NCBI GenBank assembly: GCA_902537615.1
Contig: CACBBU010000001.1
Location: forward strand, 66,304 to 130,303
Direction of reading: 5' to 3'
DNA length: 64,000 nucleotides
Source of the DNA: an uncultured Alphaproteobacteria bacterium
Lineage (GTDB): Bacteria > Pseudomonadota > Alphaproteobacteria > Methylaequorales > Methylaequoraceae
Numbering within the stretch: the first letter of the stretch is position 1; each line of letters opens with the position of its first letter. The notes under the pieces are model-generated. The model saw nothing but the letters and a program-made list of their open reading frames with translations, was not told the DNA's origin and did not search any database. Made by a program: the position numbers and the translations under genes. Below are positions 30,250 through 40,160 of this stretch, in pieces.

Positions 30250-30345
30250 ACTAATAACTCCGCTCTGGCGATCTTATCTGGACTCAAACCAGAAACTAAT
30301 CCTTAGGAGGGATTTGTTACATCCAGTTTAACTATAAGACCAAAT

Positions 30346-30861
30346 TTATCTTCCAAAAGGTATTTGATATTTCAAAACTAACGTTTCAGAGCCAGGATTT
30401 TTTTTCCCGCTATCCGCATTTGAAATATGAAAAATTCCTACTCCTAACCTTGCCTTATTTTTAAATCTATAGAAAACATCAATTCCAATGTAAAATTCCA
30501 AAGGATTTCCTGCTTTAATCTCATTTCCATCTTTGTAATATCCACAAGCTAAGCTTGGTGTCCAAACAATGTTTTTCTTTTTTCCATAGTATCCATCAAT
30601 TCCAAAACCACCATAAGCATAATAAGCATTTTCATTAGTTCCAAGAAAGCCAGCAAAGGGTTTAATTAAATTAAATAATTTCTCCCCACTGTGAATTTCT
30701 AAATTGATCATTCCTGATTGGTCATTATGTGGCGGAGAACCGTCCTCCATGTAATTGAACACTCCAACTCCAACTGAGAGGCGTTTAGAATCTTTTGATT
30801 CTGCAACAGAATTATAAAATAAAAGAATAATAACAATGAGTTGGGCAAAGAGTGTTTTCAT
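30346..30861 (-). CDS. PagL-like outer-membrane acyloxyacyl hydrolase family protein (putative lipid A 3-O-deacylase), paralog 1
   Basis: Signal peptide; about 171-aa beta-barrel-like protein with alternating hydrophobic residues. Conserved VGVGIFHISNA (H-x-S-N, as in the PagL catalytic His/Ser) and C-terminal YQIPFGR. Tandem paralog follows. Confidence 0.5.
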   Translation of the reverse strand: MKTLFAQLIVIILLFYNSVAESKDSKRLSVGVGVFNYMEDGSPPHNDQSGMINLEIHSGEKLFNLIKPFAGFLGTNENAYYAYGGFGIDGYYGKKKNIVWTPSLACGYYKDGNEIKAGNPLEFYIGIDVFYRFKNKARLGVGIFHISNADSGKKNPGSETLVLKYQIPFGR

Positions 30862-30865
30862 AATT

Positions 30866-31378
30866 TTAAAAAGGAATCTGATATTTAAAAATAACTTGCT
30901 CGGAACCAGGGTTTCTGTACCCTAAACCTGCATTAGAAATATGGAAAACTCCTACACCCACTCTAACATTATTTCTGAATTTATACATAAAGTCTCCACC
31001 ACTTCTAAATTCTATAGTATGTCCCATCCTAATTTGGTCCCCATCTTCATAAGCACCTACAGCTAAACTTGGTGTTAAAATAAAACATTTACACCTAGAA
31101 AAGTATAAGTCAACAGACAAACCAAAGTATCCATAGTAAGCGGATTCATCCGTTCCAAGAAAACCAATAAATGGTCTTATATATTTCAATGCTTTTTTTC
31201 CTGAGAATAACTCAAGGTTATATGCTAAGGATGATTGGTTGTATCCATCACTTCCGTGTTTCATAAAATTATAGATACCGCCTCCCAAAGAAAGTCTTGT
31301 TTTATCATCCTTTGCCTCAACAGAAAAAAAGGGGAATAGAAAGATGAGTAAAAAAAATATTTTAGCTTTTTTTGACAT
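30866..31378 (-). CDS. PagL-like outer-membrane acyloxyacyl hydrolase family protein, paralog 2
   Basis: Same family: VGVGVFHISNAG and C-terminal YQIPF. The track ORF extends to 31492, but the internal ATG at 31378 (MSKKAKIFFLLIFLFPFFSVEA signal peptide) gives a 170-aa protein matching paralog 1 and removes the overlap with the divergent M48 gene. Confidence 0.5.
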   Translation of the reverse strand: MSKKAKIFFLLIFLFPFFSVEAKDDKTRLSLGGGIYNFMKHGSDGYNQSSLAYNLELFSGKKALKYIRPFIGFLGTDESAYYGYFGLSVDLYFSRCKCFILTPSLAVGAYEDGDQIRMGHTIEFRSGGDFMYKFRNNVRVGVGVFHISNAGLGYRNPGSEQVIFKYQIPF

Positions 31379-31431
31379 TCTCATTAAATTTATAATACAT
31401 ATTATAAATGTAGTGATAAGGTAACATTTAA

Positions 31432-32868
31432 GTGATAAAAAATAAAATTTTAATTTTCTTAATTTTTTTTTCAATATTATTTTCAACCTCAAGTTGTGTT
31501 GTTACTCCATCTTCAGGACAAAGAGAAATAAGTTTGATGTCGGTAGAGGATGAAAAAGCAATAGGAAGAACTGAGCATCCAAAAATTGTCAAGCAGTTTG
31601 GAGGAGTTTATAAAAATGAGTCATTACAAAATTATATTGAAAGTTTGGGTAAGTTTCTGGTGACTACCTCAGAAAGCCCGAATCTCAAGTTTACTTTTAC
31701 TATTCTTAATTCGCCAATAGTAAATGCGTTCGCTCTACCAGGAGGATATATTTATCTTACAAGAGGGTTAATTTACTTATGTCAAAATGAAGCTCAATTG
31801 GCAGGTGTTATAGCCCACGAAATAGGTCACATTACTGGAAGACACTCTGCTAAAAGGTACACACAAACAATTGGCACTAACATATTAGGCAATTTGCTTA
31901 ATACGCTTATAAAAAACCCTATTTTACAAAATTTAACAAATAGTACCTCATCTCTTTATCTATTATCTTATTCTAGAAATCACGAGTATGAAGCTGACAA
32001 TTTAGCAACAAGATATATGGTTAGAGCTGGGTTTGAACCATATGAAATGGCAAATTTTCTGAAACAAATGGAACGATATTCAAATTTGCAAAAAAAAATA
32101 ACCGAAAGTAAAACAGAAGTTTCAGAATTATTCTTAACTCACCCTAATTCTTCAAAAAGAGTCATAAAGGTTATTAATGATTCAAATAGTTCAACCACTT
32201 ACAAACCAATAATAGGAAGAGAGGTTTTTTTAAAAAAAATTGATGGAATGCTTTATGGTGATAAACCTGAAGAGGGTTTTTTTTACAAAAACACATTCAT
32301 ACATAAACCATTAGATTTTTTTTTTAGTTTTGATGAATCAATTTTTTTTTTAAACAAACCAAACTTTCTAATGGGGTTGGGTGAAAATAATACAAAAATT
32401 TTTTTTGATATAGATAATGATATTATCAAAAATGATTTAGAGTATTTTTCCAAGTGGTCCAAAACGCCAATAAAAAGTATCCTCAACTACAGTAAAATAA
32501 CTTTAAATAATTTTATCATTTCAAAATGTATAATTAAAAAATATAACAAAACCATTGGCTTAGCTTTTATTAAAGATTACAAAAATATTTATAGATTCTC
32601 AATTTCTTCAGACAAAAAAAATTTTGAGAATTACGAAAAAAAATTTTTAAATATGATCTATTCATTTGGAAAAGTTTCTACAAACCCCAAAGTTGCAGGT
32701 ATTGAACCGCCAAAGATAAGAATTCTAAAGAATTCTGAAAAAAAAGGGTTTATTGAGGACGTAATAAAAAAAAGTGGTCTACAGAAAAAATTCTCTGAGG
32801 ACATACTTATGACAATTAATACAATTGATAAAATTAAGACTGGTCAAAAAATCAAAACAATTTATTGA
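31432..32868 (+). CDS. M48-family zinc metallopeptidase, probable periplasmic lipoprotein
   Basis: HEIGHITGRH (HExxH) plus a downstream EYEAD glutamate. N-terminal signal/lipobox FSTSSC. Confidence 0.8.
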   Translation: MIKNKILIFLIFFSILFSTSSCVVTPSSGQREISLMSVEDEKAIGRTEHPKIVKQFGGVYKNESLQNYIESLGKFLVTTSESPNLKFTFTILNSPIVNAFALPGGYIYLTRGLIYLCQNEAQLAGVIAHEIGHITGRHSAKRYTQTIGTNILGNLLNTLIKNPILQNLTNSTSSLYLLSYSRNHEYEADNLATRYMVRAGFEPYEMANFLKQMERYSNLQKKITESKTEVSELFLTHPNSSKRVIKVINDSNSSTTYKPIIGREVFLKKIDGMLYGDKPEEGFFYKNTFIHKPLDFFFSFDESIFFLNKPNFLMGLGENNTKIFFDIDNDIIKNDLEYFSKWSKTPIKSILNYSKITLNNFIISKCIIKKYNKTIGLAFIKDYKNIYRFSISSDKKNFENYEKKFLNMIYSFGKVSTNPKVAGIEPPKIRILKNSEKKGFIEDVIKKSGLQKKFSEDILMTINTIDKIKTGQKIKTIY

Positions 32869-33365
32869 TTTAATAGCTTTTCTAATTTAACCTTAGCCAT
32901 TTTTTTCTCAAGATTCTGGACAGCCGCGTATTCGTTACTCAATCTATTTAATGCTGTTAGGTAAATTTGCCTTTCGGAATATGATTGTTGTTCTAAGGAA
33001 TCATCTTTTTTATGAAGATCTCTTACCACCTCGGCTATAAGAACTGGATCTCCACTGTTAATGTTTTTTTCATACTCTTTTGCTCTTTTAATCCACATAT
33101 CTTTTTTAATAGAAGGTTCTTCTGCTAAAACTTCTAGAGCCTTTGATAATCTATTTTTATTACTTAATTTTCTAAGGCCTGAACTAGATGCTTTAACCTT
33201 AGGTATTCTTAATTTCATCTTATCTTGCTTAAAATTTATTAAAATGAAATCTTGTTGCGAACCGTCAACTTCGTAACTATCAAAGTTTTCAACCTCACCA
33301 ACCCCATAAATTGGATAAACGACGAGGTCACCAACCTCAAGATTTAACTCATCTTCTTTTTTCAA
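32862..33365 (-). CDS. carD: CarD/CdnL family transcriptional regulator (RNA-polymerase-binding)
   Basis: N-terminal Tudor-like LEVGDLVVYPIYGVGEV motif of CarD_CdnL_TRCF; about 167 aa. Confidence 0.85.
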   Translation of the reverse strand: MKKEDELNLEVGDLVVYPIYGVGEVENFDSYEVDGSQQDFILINFKQDKMKLRIPKVKASSSGLRKLSNKNRLSKALEVLAEEPSIKKDMWIKRAKEYEKNINSGDPVLIAEVVRDLHKKDDSLEQQSYSERQIYLTALNRLSNEYAAVQNLEKKMAKVKLEKLLNQ

Positions 33366-33430
33366 AATAGGCTCCTATTTAATATTTAGATGTGGATTAT
33401 ATTATAAACATCTTACAATACAAGTTTTAC

Positions 33431-33769
33431 TTAAGATCCTTTTCCCGGTTTTTCACTAAAATGCTTCTCAAACTTATTTGGTATACCTTTCCAATCATCT
33501 CTATCATCAGGTGGGGTTCCAATCTTATTGATATTTGGCCAAATCTCAGAATATTTTCTATTTATTTCAACCCATTTTTTGGAAGAATCATCAGAATCAT
33601 CGGTTATAGCTTCAGCGGGACATTCAGGTTCGCATACACCGCAATCTATGCACTCATCAGGGTGAATAACCAACATATTTTCTCCCTCGTAGAAACAATC
33701 AACAGGGCAAACCTCAACGCAATCCATATATTTGCATTTTACACAGGCATCTTTAACAACATAAGTCAT
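33431..33769 (-). CDS. fdxA: Ferredoxin, 7Fe-type (3Fe-4S/4Fe-4S)
   Basis: [18 protein letters not shown] and [12 protein letters not shown] cysteine motifs; acidic C-terminal extension. Confidence 0.9.
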   Translation of the reverse strand: MTYVVKDACVKCKYMDCVEVCPVDCFYEGENMLVIHPDECIDCGVCEPECPAEAITDDSDDSSKKWVEINRKYSEIWPNINKIGTPPDDRDDWKGIPNKFEKHFSEKPGKGS

Positions 33770-33823
33770 TAACAGGTATATAGTCCAGTTTTACAATTTA
33801 TTCAACTTATATATTAATAGTTA

Positions 33824-36157
33824 TTACATAATTATTATTTTATTGTTTGATTCAAAAATCATTTTTTCTAAATTATTTTTAGGAATGAAAGATTTCAATT
33901 TTCTTTTTTTAAAGTAAAAACTTTTTCTTATTAGGCTTTCAAGATATTCAAAATAAACAAAGTAATGCCGCTTGGATATTTTAATCAAGTAAAACCCCAT
34001 TTTTCTGTAGATTTCTTGTTTCTTTTCACTTATGGATAATTGATTAAAACTATAAAAATTGTTTTCCAGAAAAACATCTAATGAGTTTTCAAAAAATACA
34101 TTTATTAGAATTTGCCTAAATAATTTGGCACCTTTAGTTTTAAAAAAGAGAAAAAAAATTCCAGTCTGCAAACCATTTTGCTTAAGGATCTTAATTTCAT
34201 CTGATTTCAAAGATTTATAAAAGTCTGTTAAATTTTCTTTCTTACAATGACCAAGATTTTCATTTAAGGAATAAATAACTGCCCTTAAGTTACTTGAAGA
34301 TTTTTCTATTGAATCAATTTTTTTGGTAAAACCAATATTATTTAAAAAAAAATATTCAAAACATTTTTTTGTTTTTGATTCAATTTCTTCTTTGTAATCT
34401 GAAAAAAAATCATCAAAAAAAACGTTAATTTTTGGTTTGATAATTTCTGTATTTTTTAATAGTTTTGCTATTAAATTTTTTTTCCAAAAAATTTCTCCAC
34501 CAACCTTAAATTCAAATTCAGAATATTTTGAGTTTTTAAACTCATCAATTTTTTGTTTTGCAAAAAAGATTAAGTGTTTTTTTAAAATTTTGTTATTGTA
34601 AATATTATTATTTTTAAAGGAATGATTAATTCTAAATCTAAACCCTTCCAATTTTCCAATTATTTCACTCCCAAATTTAATTGCATTTTCACTATTAATT
34701 TCAATTATTGATTTTTCCTTTTTTCTATCAAAGGTGGAGCCAATACCTTTAAACTCTCCTACAAATTCGTTTATTAATTGACTATGCAAAATTATTGACA
34801 GGTCAAATTCTATAGATTTTATTTTTTGTCGAAATAGTTTGCTATTTTCCATCCAGTCACTTTTAAAAGCTAAAAATGACCATTTTCTTATCTGTGAGAT
34901 TTTATGATTTAACTCTGAAATTTTCGCAGTCTTTTTTTTTATATTATTCAAGTTATCATTAACCCACGAGGCTGGAATTAATTTTTTATTGCCTACTAGA
35001 AACTCAAATACTTTTTTTAAAAACCTAGTGTGAAACTCATCTAACTCTCTAGAATAATCAGGTGTTCTACAAAGTTCCCATAATTTTTTTAAAGTTAACG
35101 ATTGTTTTATCTGTTTTTTTATCAAATCATCTTGAACTAAAATTTTTAAAAATCTTTGATCACTTGCATTTTTTTTTTGAATAAAATAATGTTTATTTGC
35201 TTTTTTGTTTATTGAATTTAGAAGTAAATTTTTTGAAGAAAAATTAAGCATTGAATTCCTCCAATAAACTTTTTGAATTTCAGTATATTCATGATTTTCA
35301 ACAAAACCAATCGTCTCCTGACTCAGTGACTTTAAGTTTCCAGTTGTACCAAAAAAACCATCATTAAGATATCTTCCTGCTCTTCCAGCAATTTGAGAAA
35401 TTTCGTCATAGGTTAGCTTTCTTTCCCGTTGACCATCAAATTTTTTTACACTTGAAAAAAAAATGTTTTTTATATTTAGATTTAGACCCAGACCAATTGC
35501 ATCAGTAGCAACAATATGATCAACCTTACCATCCTCAAAAAGTTTTACCTGAGCGTTTCTTACATCTGGTGAAAGTGCTCCCATGACTACAGATACTCCC
35601 CCATGCGCCTGTCTAATTTTATTGGCTATCTCATAAACATCTATCAAAGAGAATGCAATTATTGCGGATCTTTTTGGTAGGCGTGTTAAGTTTTTATAAC
35701 CACAATATGAAAGCTTTGATAAACGAGGCCTTTTTTTTATAATAATTTCAGGATAAATTTTTTTTAGTATTTTTTCCATACTTAATGAACCCAAAAACAT
35801 TGTCTCTTTTTCTCCTTTTGAATTTAAAACCTTTTCGGTAAAAAGATGGCCTCTCTCATAATCTGAACATAATTGGACTTCATCTATCGCAACAAAATCA
35901 AAATTATGATCAGGAATAGACTCAACAGTACAAAAAAAATATTTTGCTTCCTTAGGAATAATCTTTTCTTCCCCGGTAACTAATGCAACTTGACTCTCTC
36001 CAACTTCTTGCTTTACAAAATCAAAATTTTCTCTTGCTAATAATCTTAGAGGAAAACCAATAACTCCATTAGGGTAGCTTAAAAGCTTCTCTATAGCTGA
36101 GAATGTTTTCCCAGTATTTGTTGGTCCAAGTGTCGCTGAAATCTTTGTTAATTTCAT
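33824..36157 (-). CDS. ATP-dependent helicase, SUV3-like superfamily 2
   Basis: Walker A GPTNTGKTF, DEVQ box (AIDEVQLC), motif VI QIAGRAGR. The fdxA-helicase-carD arrangement is conserved in alphaproteobacteria. Confidence 0.7.
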   Translation of the reverse strand: MKLTKISATLGPTNTGKTFSAIEKLLSYPNGVIGFPLRLLARENFDFVKQEVGESQVALVTGEEKIIPKEAKYFFCTVESIPDHNFDFVAIDEVQLCSDYERGHLFTEKVLNSKGEKETMFLGSLSMEKILKKIYPEIIIKKRPRLSKLSYCGYKNLTRLPKRSAIIAFSLIDVYEIANKIRQAHGGVSVVMGALSPDVRNAQVKLFEDGKVDHIVATDAIGLGLNLNIKNIFFSSVKKFDGQRERKLTYDEISQIAGRAGRYLNDGFFGTTGNLKSLSQETIGFVENHEYTEIQKVYWRNSMLNFSSKNLLLNSINKKANKHYFIQKKNASDQRFLKILVQDDLIKKQIKQSLTLKKLWELCRTPDYSRELDEFHTRFLKKVFEFLVGNKKLIPASWVNDNLNNIKKKTAKISELNHKISQIRKWSFLAFKSDWMENSKLFRQKIKSIEFDLSIILHSQLINEFVGEFKGIGSTFDRKKEKSIIEINSENAIKFGSEIIGKLEGFRFRINHSFKNNNIYNNKILKKHLIFFAKQKIDEFKNSKYSEFEFKVGGEIFWKKNLIAKLLKNTEIIKPKINVFFDDFFSDYKEEIESKTKKCFEYFFLNNIGFTKKIDSIEKSSSNLRAVIYSLNENLGHCKKENLTDFYKSLKSDEIKILKQNGLQTGIFFLFFKTKGAKLFRQILINVFFENSLDVFLENNFYSFNQLSISEKKQEIYRKMGFYLIKISKRHYFVYFEYLESLIRKSFYFKKRKLKSFIPKNNLEKMIFESNNKIIIM

Positions 36158-36184
36158 TGAAAGTATTGATAAATATATTTCTTT

Positions 36185-38794
36185 TTAATTTTTAATTAAG
36201 TTAAAAACATATGGTAGAATACCGTCATTTTTAAAGTAATCGACTTCTTTCTCAGTATCAATTCTAGAAATAACACTAATTTCTTTTACTGAGTTGGGAT
36301 AATTAATTTTAATTTTTAATTTTTTATTTGGTTTGGATGAAATCTCACTTAAATTACCAATGTTGAACGTTTCATCACCCTTTAATTTTAAATCAGATAA
36401 TGTGGTGTTATTCATCTCTAATGGCAAAACTCCCATTCCGACTAAATTAGACCTATGAATTCTCTCAAAACTCTCAGCTAAAACAACTCTAATACCTAGC
36501 AATCTTGTTCCTTTAGCTGCCCAATCTCTTGATGACCCTGTCCCATATTCTTTTCCTGCTACTACAATAAGGGGAATTTTTTGATTTGAATATTTTTCAG
36601 CGACGTTATAAATCTCGTCCTCAACCTCTGAGGGGTAATGTTTTGTAAAGCCACCATGTTTTTCAACCATAGAGTTTTTTATTCTTATATTTGAAAAAGT
36701 TCCTCTTACCATTACTTCATGATTTCCTCTTCGTGATCCAAAAGAATTAAAATCTTTTTTCTTGATTTGTCTCTCAGATAAGTATTTTCCTGCCTCACTA
36801 TTTTCTTTAATTACACCTGCTGGTGATATGTGATCGGTTGTAATAGAATCGCCAAGTATAAGAAGAGGTCTTGCTTCAAAAATATCGGCTTGTTTATTTG
36901 ATTCGCTTTCTAAAAACGGAGGTTTTTTTATATATGTTGAATTAATAGACCAATTAAATGTAGATGAACTTCTAACTTTTATTGCTTCCCAGCTTGAGTC
37001 ACCTTTAAATATATTTTTGTAATTTTTTTTAAATAATTCTACTTTTAAAATTTTCTCTCCTAATAACATTACTTCTTTTGATGAGGGCCAAAGATCTTTT
37101 AAAAAAATCTTTTTTCCTTTGGAAACCCCAATCTCTTCATTTTTAAAATCAATATTTATTCTCCCTGATAAAGCATAAATGATGACCAAAGGGGGTGAAG
37201 CTAGAAAATTAGATTTTATCAGAGGATGAATTCTGCCTTCAAAGTTTCTATTACCCGAGATGATACTACACACATTAAGATTATTTTTTTCAATGTGTCT
37301 TGAAACACTTTGATCCAAAGGACCAGAGTTTCCTATGCAAGTTGTACAACCATAACCAACAATATTAAAACCAAGTTTATTCAAAAAAACCTGTAAACCA
37401 GCTTTTTCTAAATATTCTCTAACAACTTTGCTTCCTGGAGCAAAAGAGGTTTTAACCCACCATGGTACTTTTAAACCTAGTTTAACAGCTTTTTTAGCAA
37501 TTAAACCAGACATTAACAAAACAATTGGATTTGAAGTATTCGTACAACTTGTAATAGCAGCTAAACAAATTTTACCATTTGTTAAAGTACCGCTATCGTT
37601 AATTAATGATTTTCTTTCATTGTTGTCTAAAGAATTAATGTAAATCTTTGGTATGTCTTTTAAAACTATCCTATCCTGTGGTCTTTTTGGTCCCGAAACA
37701 CAGGCTTCTATCTTTGATAAATCTAATTTTAATGTCTCATCGTAAGCAATTTTTCTAGAATTCTTATCATGCCACAAAGATTGTTTTTTACAATAACTCT
37801 CAATTAGTCTAATTTTTTCATCGTCTCTACCTGTCAATTTCAAATATTTTAAGGTTTCATTGTCCATCGGAAACAAGCCACATGTTGCACCATATTCAGG
37901 GGCCATGTTAGAAATAGTTGACCTTTCTGATAAAGAAAGCGAGGATAAACCATCACCATAAAATTCAACAAATTTACCAACAACATTCATTTTTCTGAGT
38001 TTTTCTGTAATAGTTAGTACAAGATCTGTTGCTGTTACACCGTCTCTTAATTGTCCTTTTAGCATTACTCCAACAACCTTGGGAATCTTCATTGAAATAG
38101 GTTGACCAAGCATCACAGCTTCAGCTTCAATACCTCCAACACCCCACCCAAGAACAGATAAAGAATTTACCATTGTAGTATGACTATCAGTACCAACAAC
38201 TGAATCAAGGTATAAAAAGTTATTCTTTTCAGAAACTATTTCAGTTAAATACTCAATATTAATTTGATGACATATTCCTGAACCTGGAGGAAAAAGAGAA
38301 AAGTTTTTTAAAGATTTTTGAGCCCATTTCAACAAAGAATATCTCTCTGAATTTCTTAGAAACTCTTTTTGAATATTAATTTCTAGAGAATCTTCTCTGG
38401 ACGAACTGTCAACTGATATTGAATGGTCAACAACAAGACTAACAGGAACCAAAGGGTTTATAAGTTCAGGATTTTTTCTCTTTTTAGCCATTTTATCTCG
38501 CATTGAAGCAAGATCAGCAATTGCAGGAACGCCAGTGTAATCCTGCATCAAAACTCTACTGGGAGAGAAAAAAATTTCACTACCATGTTTCATTTGAATT
38601 AAGTTAACAATTTCCAATTTATTGTCTAACGAGGAATTACTCTTTCTAATTAAATTTTCTAGAAGTAATCTGTAACTAAAGGGAATGCTCAATAATTCAA
38701 ATTTAAATAGCTCTTGAGCTTTATCTAAACTATAAAAACTAAAGTTATTGCGAAATGTAAGTTCATCTAAAAATTTATTTGACTCAAAATCCAT
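36185..38794 (-). CDS. acnA: Aconitate hydratase A
   Basis: 869 aa. Fe-S cluster ligand motifs (ITSCTNTSN, GCTTCIGNSG), the conserved substrate-binding SR of the C-terminal swivel domain (GSSRDWAAKG), and overall conservation. Confidence 0.95.
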   Translation of the reverse strand: MDFESNKFLDELTFRNNFSFYSLDKAQELFKFELLSIPFSYRLLLENLIRKSNSSLDNKLEIVNLIQMKHGSEIFFSPSRVLMQDYTGVPAIADLASMRDKMAKKRKNPELINPLVPVSLVVDHSISVDSSSREDSLEINIQKEFLRNSERYSLLKWAQKSLKNFSLFPPGSGICHQINIEYLTEIVSEKNNFLYLDSVVGTDSHTTMVNSLSVLGWGVGGIEAEAVMLGQPISMKIPKVVGVMLKGQLRDGVTATDLVLTITEKLRKMNVVGKFVEFYGDGLSSLSLSERSTISNMAPEYGATCGLFPMDNETLKYLKLTGRDDEKIRLIESYCKKQSLWHDKNSRKIAYDETLKLDLSKIEACVSGPKRPQDRIVLKDIPKIYINSLDNNERKSLINDSGTLTNGKICLAAITSCTNTSNPIVLLMSGLIAKKAVKLGLKVPWWVKTSFAPGSKVVREYLEKAGLQVFLNKLGFNIVGYGCTTCIGNSGPLDQSVSRHIEKNNLNVCSIISGNRNFEGRIHPLIKSNFLASPPLVIIYALSGRINIDFKNEEIGVSKGKKIFLKDLWPSSKEVMLLGEKILKVELFKKNYKNIFKGDSSWEAIKVRSSSTFNWSINSTYIKKPPFLESESNKQADIFEARPLLILGDSITTDHISPAGVIKENSEAGKYLSERQIKKKDFNSFGSRRGNHEVMVRGTFSNIRIKNSMVEKHGGFTKHYPSEVEDEIYNVAEKYSNQKIPLIVVAGKEYGTGSSRDWAAKGTRLLGIRVVLAESFERIHRSNLVGMGVLPLEMNNTTLSDLKLKGDETFNIGNLSEISSKPNKKLKIKINYPNSVKEISVISRIDTEKEVDYFKNDGILPYVFNLIKN

Positions 38795-38838
38795 ATTTTT
38801 TTGCTAATAAGTTAGTATAATATTTAAATACAACAATT

Positions 38839-39501
38839 ATGTTAGAAGTTAGTTCAATATATCTATACAGAAACAGAAAGCAAGTTTTCAAGAACTTCAA
38901 TTTAAATTTAAAAAACAGTGAAATTATTCTCTTAGAAGGCGAAAATGGTGCAGGAAAAACAAGTCTGTTAAATATGATATCAGGTTTAATCAACCCTGAT
39001 AAAGGGTTTATCAAAATTTACAAAAAAAGTATTGTTGAATTAGGAAACCAAAAAAAAAAAATATTCACATACATACCTGATAAAAATTGTTTGAAAGAGA
39101 ACCTTTCAGTTAATGAAAACTTAAAAAGTTGGTTAAATCTTTCTAACCTTAAAGTAAATGATAACAAATACCAAAAAGCCTTAAATACGTTTTCTCTTAA
39201 TAGCATTCAGGAGTCTTTAGTAAAAAGCCTCTCACAAGGTCAAAAAAAAAAAGTAGCTCTTACAAAATTGTTATTATCAAAATCTAAGCTTTGGTTATTA
39301 GATGAACCACTAAACGGAATAGATACAAAAACAATAACAATACTTAAGAAAATTATGATCCAACACGTTAGAAAAAACGGCTCAATTCTATTTTCTAGTC
39401 ATGTTAAATTAGATTTAAAACTTACAAAAAGAATTATTCTCAAAAAGATAGTAAATAAATTTAACATTGACTTATTAGATCAATGGGAAAACTTTCAATG
39501 A
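38839..39501 (+). CDS. ccmA: Heme exporter ATP-binding protein CcmA
   Basis: Walker A GENGAGKTS, LSQGQKKKVAL signature, Walker B LWLLDEPLNGID. First gene of the ccm operon. Confidence 0.85.
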   Translation: MLEVSSIYLYRNRKQVFKNFNLNLKNSEIILLEGENGAGKTSLLNMISGLINPDKGFIKIYKKSIVELGNQKKKIFTYIPDKNCLKENLSVNENLKSWLNLSNLKVNDNKYQKALNTFSLNSIQESLVKSLSQGQKKKVALTKLLLSKSKLWLLDEPLNGIDTKTITILKKIMIQHVRKNGSILFSSHVKLDLKLTKRIILKKIVNKFNIDLLDQWENFQ

Positions 39502-40160
39502 AAAATTTCAAAACTTTACTATACAGAGAGTTTATAATTTCATTTAAAAATACAAAAAGCTTATATTCTTATTGTACTTTTTTCTTCACATCAATTTTAC
39601 TTTTTGTTTTTGCAACAGGACCAGATATTTCAATTCTTTCACCTATATATAAACCAATCTTATGGATGATAACAATTTTTGCTTTAATTCTAATTTCAGA
39701 AAGTTTTGTTTTTGAGGATTTTTTTGATGGAAGTTTATCAGAGCTACAATTTTTAGGTTATTCTGAGGAAATCATATTCCTATCAAAATCCGCAGTGATG
39801 TTTATATCCCTAATTATACCAAATATAATTTTGATTCCAGTATCATCTATTTTATTTAAGGTAAATTTTCTTGATGTAATAGAAATAATTACTCTATTTA
39901 GTATTTCGTTACCAACCATCACATTAATTTCAATACTTTCTGCATTATTTTCATTGCAAGTAAAGAGAAACAAATTTATTCAATTTATTTTGATAATGCC
40001 ATTTTTTATACCAATAATAATTATTGCTACTTCGGAAAATTTTTTTGTAACAAATTTAGGTAATGAATTTAAAATTTTTGTTTTAATTGGTTTGTTTTTA
40101 ATTACATTACCATTATCTATCCTTATAGGAAAATTAATCATTAAGGAGTTGAATTATTAG
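39483..40160 (+). CDS. ccmB: Heme exporter permease CcmB
   Basis: Six-TM hydrophobic protein in the canonical position after ccmA; overlaps ccmA. Confidence 0.8.
   Translation: MGKLSMKNFKTLLYREFIISFKNTKSLYSYCTFFFTSILLFVFATGPDISILSPIYKPILWMITIFALILISESFVFEDFFDGSLSELQFLGYSEEIIFLSKSAVMFISLIIPNIILIPVSSILFKVNFLDVIEIITLFSISLPTITLISILSALFSLQVKRNKFIQFILIMPFFIPIIIIATSENFFVTNLGNEFKIFVLIGLFLITLPLSILIGKLIIKELNY

Noticed and set aside
30250-30345. Possibility that the GC-rich spacer is a glycine or SAM riboswitch
   Set aside because: Hallmark conserved segments of the glycine riboswitch (GGAGAG...ACCGAAGGGGCAA) could not be found by eye on either strand. Only short hairpins are present. It is kept as a low-interest structural element, not called as a riboswitch.
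31379-31492. N-terminal 38-codon extension of the PagL-like ORF (track start 31492) overlapping the divergent M48 peptidase gene
   Set aside because: The extension is highly basic, low-complexity and K-rich. It precedes a canonical signal peptide that begins at the internal ATG (31378). The paralog is 171 aa. The extension is most likely not translated.
23479-33772. Track ORFs 23479..23694, 24935..25159, 25943..26149 (inside gltDB), 29187..29369, 29825..30169 (antisense to the lipoprotein gene and gmhA), 32283..32486, 33061..33276, 33392..33772 (antisense to fdxA)
   Set aside because: The opposite-strand genes have unambiguous conserved motifs (glutamate synthase, GmhA, ferredoxin Cys clusters), so these are shadow frames. 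The 126-aa ORF antisense to fdxA is low-complexity and hydrophobic.
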